Assembly (NCBI GenBank): GCA_019056785.1
Contig: DXJV01000084.1
Coordinates: 64,001 to 128,000, forward strand
DNA length: 64,000 bases
From: Candidatus Heimdallarchaeota archaeon
Lineage (GTDB): Archaea > Asgardarchaeota > Heimdallarchaeia > JABLTI01
Direction of reading: 5' to 3'
Shown: positions 37,802 to 46,252 of the stretch, piece after piece
How the letters are laid out: each line of letters opens with the position of its first letter
How positions within the stretch are numbered: the first letter of the stretch is position 1
Translations under genes and position numbers: made by a program
Notes under the pieces: generated by a model
Told to the model about the DNA's origin: nothing
Database searches by the model: none
The model's input: the letters and a program-made list of their open reading frames with translations, nothing else

Positions 37802-38632
37802 TTATTTAGCAGTTCTTTTTTTCTGATTTTCAATGGCCTCTTCCAAAGTTAATACCCCCTTTGCCACTTTGATGGCCTGATCTTTTGAAATAGTTACTTT
37901 ACCTCGCGAATATTGTCTTGATAAAACCTGAATTTCTTTCAATTCACCTTCCGAAGGCTCCCATTGTTCCTGTGACTTGATGCTTTCTCCCAAACGAAAA
38001 GCAATTTCCATTGCAGCAGAAGCGTCTTTTCCAGCGATTAACTTTTGTCCTTCTCGACTACTATTCAGTATGCCTTCACGAGCATCCTGACAACTGGTGG
38101 GTGTTGTTTGAAGCTCATCAACGACTTCGATGGAAACGTGAGAAGGCTTATTGTTTAAGAGTTCATTTAAAAGTAGAATACGACGGTAGCCACCTGTTGA
38201 ACCAATCCTGATAATGACCATTTTCGCCGGGTTGTTTTTAATTGTTAAAAAAATATAATCAATTGCTTCATTTATTTCTCGAGTCTCTAATACACCCCGT
38301 AAACAACCATCGGTAATAATCGCTACTCCAATGGTTCGCCCAGGGTCAACGCCAATTATTAAGGACTCCCAAATTCTTTTGCCTTCTAACCCTAATAATA
38401 CCTTTGTGATAGCCTTTGAGATGTTCATAACTTCAGATCGAGACAAAACAACCAATTTTTCATAAGTCAGTGTGTTATTTTTGAATTCTTCTTCTGTAGT
38501 AACGACGAGTACAGAATTTCGAGCAGCAGGTTTTCCGGGAACAATCTGTTCAGTTGCAATCCCCCTTAAAGCTAATTTTTCTTGAAGGAGGAAACTCAAA
38601 CGAAAATCCATGGTTGCAAGGGAAACAAGCAT
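37802..38632 (-). CDS. RNase H-fold (YqgF/RuvX-like) domain protein
   Basis: IIGVDPG..IGVA, IRIG, EVVDE..TT, D..AA..IA, GE...IQ..SR..S.G..TIS...A..V..G.LTL.EA. Confidence 0.75.
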   Translation of the reverse strand: MLVSLATMDFRLSFLLQEKLALRGIATEQIVPGKPAARNSVLVVTTEEEFKNNTLTYEKLVVLSRSEVMNISKAITKVLLGLEGKRIWESLIIGVDPGRTIGVAIITDGCLRGVLETREINEAIDYIFLTIKNNPAKMVIIRIGSTGGYRRILLLNELLNNKPSHVSIEVVDELQTTPTSCQDAREGILNSSREGQKLIAGKDASAAMEIAFRLGESIKSQEQWEPSEGELKEIQVLSRQYSRGKVTISKDQAIKVAKGVLTLEEAIENQKKRTAK

Positions 38633-38798
38633 TATTATCGTTCCTAACTGCTTGGGACTATTATTTTAAAAAATCACTTTCCTATTAATGAACCTTATGT
38701 TTTTAAAGGTAAAAAAGAATAGCATGAAAGAATAATAAGAACAAGCCAAAAATTAGAAAAAGTGAAGGGGTGCTTATATAAGCAGTAGAGTGATTCTT

Positions 38799-39497
38799 AT
38801 GAAATCAATTCATTACCCATTAATAATTGTTAATTTTAAAACCTATACACGAGGGACAGGGCAAAAGGGTTTACAATTGGCTAAAATATGTGATGAGGTT
38901 GCAAGAGAATTTAATGTCTCAATTGTGGTTGCTGTTCAGATGGCCGATATTCGGTGGATCGCTTCTGAAATAGAGATCCCCGTTTTTGCACAGCATGTAG
39001 ATGCCATTTATCCAGGGAGCAACACGGGCCATATTTTACTCGAAACTGTGAAAGAAGCGGGAGCCACAGGAACACTCGTAAATCATAGCGAGCGAAAGAT
39101 TACCCTAAAAGAAATTGCTCTAATCATCCAAAGGGCTAGAGAGAATCACCTGTACACATGTGTTTGTGCAAGCACACCAAAAATTGCAGGAGCAATCGCC
39201 GCTCTGAGTCCGGACAGCTGTGCAACAGAACCGCCAGAATTAATAGGCTCAGGCATCTCAGTAAGCATGGCTCAGCCGGAAGTTATTACTAAAAGTGTTA
39301 AAATAATTGAAAAGTTTAACCCCGCTGTCGCTCCACTCTGTGGTGCGGGAATCACAAACAGCCAAGATGTTGAAAAAGCGCTTGAATTGGGAACGAAAGG
39401 TATCTTAATTGCCTCTGGCGTGGTAAAAGCCACCGATCCTAAAAAAATCCTGGAAAAAATGGCTCAAGTACTGCTTAAATTTCAAGAGAAAAAATGA
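38799..39497 (+). CDS. tpiA: Triosephosphate isomerase, archaeal type
   Basis: NFKTY, AQHVD, G..TG, NHSER, EPPELIGSG, LCGAGI, ASGVVKA. Confidence 0.97.
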   Translation: MKSIHYPLIIVNFKTYTRGTGQKGLQLAKICDEVAREFNVSIVVAVQMADIRWIASEIEIPVFAQHVDAIYPGSNTGHILLETVKEAGATGTLVNHSERKITLKEIALIIQRARENHLYTCVCASTPKIAGAIAALSPDSCATEPPELIGSGISVSMAQPEVITKSVKIIEKFNPAVAPLCGAGITNSQDVEKALELGTKGILIASGVVKATDPKKILEKMAQVLLKFQEKK

Positions 39498-39535
39498 ACA
39501 ATCGAAAGTTCTTTAAATTTAATTGTGAAAGAAAT

Positions 39536-39568
39536 GTTTTGTGTAAGGGAGTGCACCCTTCACAAAAC
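39536..39568 (+). promoter_or_regulatory. Inverted repeat just downstream of a TATA box; probable operator or 5' hairpin of the RHH gene
   Basis: GTTTTGTG-T-AAGGG-N6-CCCTT-CACAAAAC, about 20 nt after TTTAAAT (39512-39518). Confidence 0.5.
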
Positions 39569-39630
39569 TAAAGAATAGAAGAAGTCGATTATTTATTGTC
39601 TTTAATAAATGAAAAAGGACGAGTAGTCAA

Positions 39631-40158
39631 TTGCCAGAAGAAATGCATATTAGTATTCCGAAAAAACTTGCGGACTTTATTGATAAACTAACAAAAGAAG
39701 GCTACTTCAAGTCACGTGAAGACTTTGCTCGCTGTTCTCTCGAGATAATGGCAGAACTCTATGGACTTTCAACCACAGCAAAAGGAGGAAAGTCCCTTCT
39801 TGACATCTTACGAGACAACGAGCATGTTCCAATTAAAACAGCAACGGCAACAACAACACGCTCTGGACAAGCTAAAACTCTAAGGGAACCCTCACAAACT
39901 TCAAGCAAAAAACCGGTGGTAGCTGGGGGGGAATTGTCACCTGTAGAATATGATATTTTAGACTTGTTCTCTGGAGCAACATTTGAATTTGAAGATGCAC
40001 TCCATGCAAGATACACAATGGAGTTAATGAAACAAGCAAAACCACCGTTACCAAAAGAAGAATTTATCAAGGCGTTAGAAAAACTCGCATCCAAGAAGAA
40101 AATTGAACGTACAGAACACAAAGGAAAGACTATTTGGAAAGTTATTGATCCCTACTAG
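39631..40158 (+). CDS. Ribbon-helix-helix protein with a C-terminal winged-helix-like domain
   Basis: MHISIPKKL..FID.L...G.FKSREDF.R (CopG/RHH); C-terminal EFIKALEKL...KKIER......IWK. Confidence 0.75.
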   Translation: MPEEMHISIPKKLADFIDKLTKEGYFKSREDFARCSLEIMAELYGLSTTAKGGKSLLDILRDNEHVPIKTATATTTRSGQAKTLREPSQTSSKKPVVAGGELSPVEYDILDLFSGATFEFEDALHARYTMELMKQAKPPLPKEEFIKALEKLASKKKIERTEHKGKTIWKVIDPY

Positions 40159-40165
40159 AAATTTC

Positions 40166-40615
40166 TCAGCAAACTTCCAATACAGTTATTGTAATGCCTG
40201 AGACGCCTTCGATTGAAGAAAGTTCTTTCTTTAAATCTTCGATGTTGATTTTTTTGAATTCTGTGGCTTCGATATAACCATCGAAAACACATTTTTCTTC
40301 AACAAAACAAATACCTGTGGAATAAAGCGCTTTTAATCCGAGCTTCAAAAAGAGATTCCCAATTTGCCTTAAGAAATCACTTGATAATTGCCCGATATCG
40401 ACTGCTAATTTGTATACTTTATTGGATGAAGTTGGAATTATTCGAATGATTTTATTATTTGTTGTCAAAATAACAACAGCATACTCTTCCACAACGGCCT
40501 GTAATGCTTCTTGAAAAGAACTCGGAAGCTCGACTGATTTTTCATGGTCAAGTTTTAATACTTCAGCAATAGTTATTTGAGGGATGTTAGTCTTTTTTTC
40601 TGCCATATTCTCCAC
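40166..40615 (-). CDS. ACT-like domain protein, paralog of 34375-34788
   Basis: YSTGICFVEEKCVFDGY and LSSIEGVSGI.I. Confidence 0.7.
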   Translation of the reverse strand: MENMAEKKTNIPQITIAEVLKLDHEKSVELPSSFQEALQAVVEEYAVVILTTNNKIIRIIPTSSNKVYKLAVDIGQLSSDFLRQIGNLFLKLGLKALYSTGICFVEEKCVFDGYIEATEFKKINIEDLKKELSSIEGVSGITITVLEVC

Positions 40616-40724
40616 TTCTATCTACTCTACTAATATAATAAAAGAATTATTTACATTAAATAACTATAAAGAAATCTCATAATTAAATAATTCCGTCAAT
40701 AAAAGGTTAAAAATATGCGAAAAA

Positions 40725-41708
40725 TCACACGGTAGTCACGGAATTTGCCAAGATCTTTGGTGGCCCAGCCACTTTATAAGGATGAAAAGACCAACCTTTT
40801 GTCTGCAATTCTTTTGCAACCTGCCCAGCAAACTCAACCGTGGTTGCTACAGTAATAAGATTGCCCCCACCGATGAGATAATAAGCCATAATTCCTCTCT
40901 CTCGCATAACTTCTAACTGATGACAAAGACGCATCATTTCACGTTTTCGGACGAAAAGATTTACTCCCTCGAGTAACTCATGAGCATTTCTGATGTTTTC
41001 TTCAGCAAGAGTGAGCATTGTAATAAAGTCTCTTTTTCGTGCAGCAGAGACAATTTTAGACACCCAATCAGGGATTCTTTTAACTCTCTTCGGAAAGTTT
41101 GGATTGGTTACAATGCCCGCATGAATCTCATCAGCTGATAAGCGAGAAGGGTAATGGAAAGGAACAGAAAATAACTTTATGGCTTCCAGCTCCTCAGCAG
41201 AAGCTATTTGTTCAACTGTTAAAGGGCGAGAGTGAACTTTGGTCAAGGTTAAGCCCCCAAACAAACTCCTCCCGGCACTTTCAGAACCTTTCATAGCGTG
41301 AAGTAAGAGCTTTTCTTTTGGGTAATGTAAATCGAGAGCAGCATTTAAGCCAGTATAAAGTGCTGCTAAGCCAGAATCGGAGCTGCCACTGAAAATGTCA
41401 ATGTTTTTTGACTGAATGATAAGATCGCCAGTGTGCTGACTTTTTGCGACAAACTTCTTAATGGAATCGACAATTTGCCTCCCTCGAAGGCCCGTGATTT
41501 CGGTTCCGTTTAAAAAGAATTTTACAGTCGTACCCTTTGATGTGGGTGTGAAATGGATTGTGGTCTCAGTTCTGGTAGTTTCATTGGGCGTTGTCACAGC
41601 CAGGCCCATTGTATCATATAAAGGTGTTCGATCAGAATTAATGCCTCCGAGAAATACAATTGGGATTGTAGGATAAGCAACAGTTGTTACTACACTGGTT
41701 TTCGTCAC
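40725..41708 (-). CDS. Mevalonate 3-kinase (GHMP, MVD-like; Thermoplasma Ta1305 type)
   Basis: AYPTI..V.LGGI...RTPL, F.NGTE, SGSSDSG, SESAGRSLFGGLT, D.IH..IV, and AYYLIGGGN in place of the decarboxylase DAGPN. Confidence 0.82.
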   Translation of the reverse strand: MTKTSVVTTVAYPTIPIVFLGGINSDRTPLYDTMGLAVTTPNETTRTETTIHFTPTSKGTTVKFFLNGTEITGLRGRQIVDSIKKFVAKSQHTGDLIIQSKNIDIFSGSSDSGLAALYTGLNAALDLHYPKEKLLLHAMKGSESAGRSLFGGLTLTKVHSRPLTVEQIASAEELEAIKLFSVPFHYPSRLSADEIHAGIVTNPNFPKRVKRIPDWVSKIVSAARKRDFITMLTLAEENIRNAHELLEGVNLFVRKREMMRLCHQLEVMRERGIMAYYLIGGGNLITVATTVEFAGQVAKELQTKGWSFHPYKVAGPPKILANSVTTV

Positions 41709-41710
41709 TA

Positions 41711-42589
41711 CTAGTCACCTCGTTCTTTCTTAATTGCTTCAAGCAAATTGATCTTTGTGTTGATATTTTTACGGGTATTTAATTCACTGATTCTCTGAAT
41801 AATAATAGAAAGAATATCATCAAAAGCAGCCTCGAGATTGTCAACATTTATAACAGGGAGATTAAAACGGCGAGCATCTTTCTCTATATATTCCTGAATG
41901 ATCAAATACTGCTCTTGTTGAGCCAATAAGCGATCACCGGCACTTCGTAAGTGAGAAAAATATTCACGTTTAATAATTCTTTCATTGTATTTAGTTAAAT
42001 CAGTTATAACGAGCAGCAAGGGAATAATGCTTGGGTGAGTTAAAATATTTTTATCAAATTGCGAAGGATGAAAATGCAAATACTCTACGATCATACTTTC
42101 GCCATCTCGCAAGCCACGGTCCGTTATAACGCGTTGAACAGCTTTGTTCATGATCAATGATTGGGCCTGATATCCTTTGATGATCGTCACTTTTCTTTTT
42201 TCGCCGAAAATTTTCCAGGTGTTATATACGCTGGTGAAAAAGGCCTCATTTCCTTCCCGGGGGAGGATAGTACGAAGGGAAGATCTAAGAGCATCACCGC
42301 CCAAGACAATGCCAATATTAAGAGCTGCGGATAATTCCTTGGCAATTGTGGTTTTACCTACGCCTGGAATACCAGAGATAATAATAATAATTGGGAGTTT
42401 CTGTTGCCCACTTTTTACAAGAGAGTAATAGTCGGCAATAGTTCGATAGCGGAAAAAGTATTTCTCTCCATGCTGTAATAGCTTTTCCTCGAGTTCTTCT
42501 TCTGACCGAGAACCGTCGATGATGGAACTTATTGTACGTAAAGATAACCCTGTAGCAAGTAATGATGACAATTTATCCCAGAAGATCAT
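41711..42589 (-). CDS. 2-phosphoglycerate-kinase-family P-loop kinase, probable mevalonate-3-phosphate 5-kinase
   Basis: PIIIIISGIPGVGKTTIA.EL, GD.LR..LR, SVY..WK, G...Q, GES.I.E..H..P, Y..IQ.Y; 2-nt gap to the M3K gene. Confidence 0.78.
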   Translation of the reverse strand: MIFWDKLSSLLATGLSLRTISSIIDGSRSEEELEEKLLQHGEKYFFRYRTIADYYSLVKSGQQKLPIIIIISGIPGVGKTTIAKELSAALNIGIVLGGDALRSSLRTILPREGNEAFFTSVYNTWKIFGEKRKVTIIKGYQAQSLIMNKAVQRVITDRGLRDGESMIVEYLHFHPSQFDKNILTHPSIIPLLLVITDLTKYNERIIKREYFSHLRSAGDRLLAQQEQYLIIQEYIEKDARRFNLPVINVDNLEAAFDDILSIIIQRISELNTRKNINTKINLLEAIKKERGD

Positions 42590-42767
42590 GCTAGGTCCTC
42601 AACCAATAATTCATTGCTCTGTTGTCATTTGTACCTTTCAAGATATTAATCTTAACCTTATTTTTCATTAAAAGAGGAAGATTTTTAATTGGGAAACTTT
42701 GGAAAAGAAGCTAGAAAATACAAATCATTTATGAAATTGTTGGTTTAATTAAGAGGAATGATTGAAG

Positions 42768-43214
42768 ATGTCTTTGCAACAAGAAGTAACACAAGCAGAA
42801 TTACGAAAATTTAAATTCATGGGTCTTACCTTTAATGAACTCCAGGAATTGTCAATGGATGAATTTATCAAAATGCTCCCTGCACGAAAGAGAAGGAGCA
42901 TCACCCGCCCATCCTATTGGACAGATCGACGGAAAAAACTGCTTGAGGACATTCGAAAACAAGTGAAAATGATTAAGGCGGGAAATAAAAAAGTTAAGCC
43001 AATCCGCACACATCTAAGAGATATGGTTATTTTACCAGAAATGGTTCATGCAAAAGTTGCTGTTCATAATGGAAAAGACTTTATTGAATTTATTATTCAC
43101 CCAGAACAAATTGGGCACATTTTTGGCGAGTTTGCTTTAACGACCAAACTTGTTCGACACGGAAGCCCCGGAATGGGTGCAACAAAATCAAGCCTTTACA
43201 TCCCATTGAAGTGA
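42768..43214 (+). CDS. rps19p: 30S ribosomal protein uS19
   Basis: F.F.G....EL, LPARKRRS, IRTHLRDMVILPEM, VHNGK.F, GH..GEF..T...V.HG.PG.GAT.SS..IPLK. Confidence 0.97.
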   Translation: MSLQQEVTQAELRKFKFMGLTFNELQELSMDEFIKMLPARKRRSITRPSYWTDRRKKLLEDIRKQVKMIKAGNKKVKPIRTHLRDMVILPEMVHAKVAVHNGKDFIEFIIHPEQIGHIFGEFALTTKLVRHGSPGMGATKSSLYIPLK

Positions 43215-43357
43215 GCAAATCCTTCATGGGGTATTCCTACCATTTCTTTTTTTTCTAAAAGACCTCTTGTCTAATCCATTAACCTTTTATCTGTTTTCTC
43301 CTTATAAAATTAATAGTAATTTAGACAGACTTTGTTGGCATCTATCGAGGTTAGAAA

Positions 43358-43759
43358 TTGTCACGATTTAAACTACCGATAATAAAAGACAAGCGCGCTC
43401 AAAAAGGGCTCAGAAAACAGATCATAAATATTTTTAGTATTGATGTTACAGAATTAGGGCCTGAAGTGGAGATTATTGCCTCACCCTATACAAGCGATTG
43501 CATTTTTAATGAACGAGAGATTTCCATTCTTTTTACGATAGTAACTATGCTTGAAGTCAAGGAAATGATTCTTGGCGAATTAAAATTGTTATTCGAAATT
43601 TACGACAGCGTTATGAAAGATGGCAGGCCAGCAAAAAAAGTCATCGTAACAGTGTGTGGAGAGGAAGCAAATAGCGGTTCTGTTAGAGCATTTGTTCGAA
43701 ATATCATTCATAGCTCAGAAATTGCCTTAAAAAACCTGGAAAATCTTGCAGAAAGATGA
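43358..43759 (+). CDS. Stand-alone longin/uDENN-like domain protein
   Basis: IFSID..ELGPEV....SP and D....GR..K..IVTV, as in uDENN/NPRL2-type longin domains; ends in a helix. Confidence 0.55.
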   Translation: MSRFKLPIIKDKRAQKGLRKQIINIFSIDVTELGPEVEIIASPYTSDCIFNEREISILFTIVTMLEVKEMILGELKLLFEIYDSVMKDGRPAKKVIVTVCGEEANSGSVRAFVRNIIHSSEIALKNLENLAER

Positions 43760-43913
43760 GAAAAAAGAGTGTACCAAAAAATTAAAAATTCAATGAAAAA
43801 GTCTGTTGAGAAAGAAAAAACTCAACAAAAGAGTTTTAAACAAATCAAAAGCGATTTCCAATAAAGAATCACTTATTGATTGTAAAATATTTGAAAATTA
43901 GAGGTATAGAACA

Positions 43914-44594
43914 TTGTCAATAGATGTTGAACAAATAACTGAAGAGCTCTTAATTGGTCTAGATGAATATTTAGCTGCAGGTGTCCATATAGGCACCAGA
44001 ATAGGCACAAAATCAATGAAAGACTTCATCTACCTTGTTCGAAGTGATGGGTTGTATGTGTTGGATGTACGAGCAACAGATGAGCGAATTCGAATTGTAG
44101 CCAAATTTCTAGCAAGGTATGAACCAAACCAGATAGCTGTTTTCTCTTCAAGACAATATGGCCAGGTACCGGCAAGCAAACTGGCTAAAACATGTGGGTT
44201 CCTGAGTGTCCCAGGGAGATTTATCCCGGGAACTTTGACAAACCCTGAATTCACAGGCTTTATTGAGCCCGAAGTAATTCTTGTAACCGATCCCCGAGCA
44301 GACAAACAAGCCATTAAAGAAGCAAATAAAGTTGGTATCACTGTAGTCGCCATGTGTGACACAGATAATGAACTAAAAGGGGTAGATTTAAGCATACCAA
44401 CAAACAATAAAGGACGAAAAGCCTTAGCGCTTGTTTATTGGTTGCTAGCACGTGAAATAAAACGAGCTCGAGGAGAAATTCCCCCAGGTGGCACTATTCC
44501 AGAGACGGTGGAAGAATTTACCTTCAAAGTGCTTCCAAGCAGCATGCAAATTGCTGCTGAAGAAGAGCTCCCAGAACCAACAGAAGAAGGCTAA
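43914..44594 (+). CDS. rps2p: 30S ribosomal protein uS2
   Basis: [31 protein letters not shown]....[32 protein letters not shown]. Confidence 0.98.
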   Translation: MSIDVEQITEELLIGLDEYLAAGVHIGTRIGTKSMKDFIYLVRSDGLYVLDVRATDERIRIVAKFLARYEPNQIAVFSSRQYGQVPASKLAKTCGFLSVPGRFIPGTLTNPEFTGFIEPEVILVTDPRADKQAIKEANKVGITVVAMCDTDNELKGVDLSIPTNNKGRKALALVYWLLAREIKRARGEIPPGGTIPETVEEFTFKVLPSSMQIAAEEELPEPTEEG

Positions 44595-44668
44595 TTCTAA
44601 TTCATTTTCCTGGCTCTACTGCGAAACTGTACCTCTATTTTCTTCTCTTCTGTACTTTTAACAATTTT

Positions 44669-45784
44669 TTAGCCATACCAATTTGGGTTTATCCAGCCCC
44701 AACCAGTATAACCACTTAACGCAAGAACCCCCCAAACTCCAAAAGCAAGAAGAAGACCTAAACCAATTGAAAGCGGTAAACCGGGCATTAATTTTACTCT
44801 ATCAAGAAGCTTTATTGTAAAAATTGCGCCGATAATAACACCAATAAAAGCCGCGATGGCAGAGAACACCCCTAATTTGATAAGAGCAAAACTGAATAAC
44901 ATGCCAAAAAATGCAAGGTCACCTAAACCCAATTCTACAAATTCCGCATAGTAATATTCTTCTTGTTCGACGCTCCGAGCAGTTGTAGCTGTTGGTTCTT
45001 GAATAGAATTAGTTGTCGCGTTAACTTCTTCAGTAGTTTCTTCACTTACAATAGGTTCTACAGGAGCAGCACCTTCTTCTATTGTTGAATTTTTTGAGGG
45101 AGGAGCAGTATTATTGCTAAGACGCCTTTCCTCGCTGATTTCGGCCATCTTTTTAATTGGACCCTTAAAAACGGAAATTATATCATAAATACTAAGGCCA
45201 ATCATTACAAGCACAGCACCTAATGTCGGCAAGAAGGTTGCAAGAAATGTTCCAGAAAGAACTGCAAATAACATAGCTGTAATTTGTGGGAAAGGTTGAG
45301 GAGTTAATTTGAAAACCATCGAAATGACTGTAAAAATCGAGAACACAAGACCGGCAAGAAGTGCTAAAACTAAGATGATAATTTCAGTTCGCGGTTGAAA
45401 GTAGGTATAAATTGTATATTCTTCAAGAATGTAATAGGGAATGGTGTAAATAAAGAGAAAGACAAAGAAGAAGGTAGTTACCAGTATTGAAAAGGCAAAA
45501 ATAATTTTCAAAATAATAATTTTATTGTATTTAAAAATAAGAAAAATAAGAAAAGCGCCCACAAAAGCAATACTAATGAAAAAGGCAGCTGTTGCAAAGG
45601 GATTCTTCCAAGGAGTCGCTAAAGGAGGACCTTCACCCCCACCCGCACTGGTGAAAAAATATCCATAAAGAAAGAAACTACAAATGCCACTAAGAAGGGA
45701 TCCTGTAAGAATTGTCAACGCCAGCGAAAAGAATTTTTTACGCACCGTGATACTAAAAGTTCCTAGCTGTTCAGCAAAGCTCAT
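44669..45784 (-). CDS. Presenilin-family intramembrane aspartyl protease (A22A-like)
   Basis: About nine TMs, SIYDIISVF-KGP, large acidic loop, LGLGDLAF, MPGLPLSI. Confidence 0.92.
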   Translation of the reverse strand: MSFAEQLGTFSITVRKKFFSLALTILTGSLLSGICSFFLYGYFFTSAGGGEGPPLATPWKNPFATAAFFISIAFVGAFLIFLIFKYNKIIILKIIFAFSILVTTFFFVFLFIYTIPYYILEEYTIYTYFQPRTEIIILVLALLAGLVFSIFTVISMVFKLTPQPFPQITAMLFAVLSGTFLATFLPTLGAVLVMIGLSIYDIISVFKGPIKKMAEISEERRLSNNTAPPSKNSTIEEGAAPVEPIVSEETTEEVNATTNSIQEPTATTARSVEQEEYYYAEFVELGLGDLAFFGMLFSFALIKLGVFSAIAAFIGVIIGAIFTIKLLDRVKLMPGLPLSIGLGLLLAFGVWGVLALSGYTGWGWINPNWYG

Positions 45785-45894
45785 GGTCTCGTCAACTCAT
45801 TCCAAACAAATTGTTTACCTTTCAAAATGTACGCTTGCTTCTTTTGAAAAACCTTTTGACACAGAACAGAAAAAGGGAAGGAAAAAGAACCAAG

Positions 45895-46122
45895 CTATTG
45901 AGAAGCAGAATCTGGCTTTTCAGAAGTCGCCTCTTCTTTGGCGCCCGGTTTTTTAATGAAAGCAACAACCATTACGATTAGGCCAATGCCAAAAATGATA
46001 ATGCCAAACCATAAAAGCCAGTCAGACCATGCGAGTGGGACATAAAAGATAGAACCCACAATAACCATTGTTATTCCAATTACAAACATAATACCAGCAG
46101 CAATCAAAGGACCTTTTCTCAT
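45895..46122 (-). CDS. Small two-TM membrane protein
   Basis: 75-aa helical hairpin. Confidence 0.6.
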   Translation of the reverse strand: MRKGPLIAAGIMFVIGITMVIVGSIFYVPLAWSDWLLWFGIIIFGIGLIVMVVAFIKKPGAKEEATSEKPDSASQ

Positions 46123-46252
46123 AGAGACACTTCCTATTATTCGTGACTACCATTTAAACTTAAATTAAATATTTTATGATTGTTTTTCACCAACATGGAA
46201 ATTAAAAGATTGTGCTAAATGCCTTAAAATAAGTAAGGGAGAAAAAGTGACT

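Noticed and set aside
45895-46122. PEN-2-like gamma-secretase subunit next to presenilin
   Set aside because: Only adjacency and a two-TM shape support it; no PEN-2 motif is recognisable.
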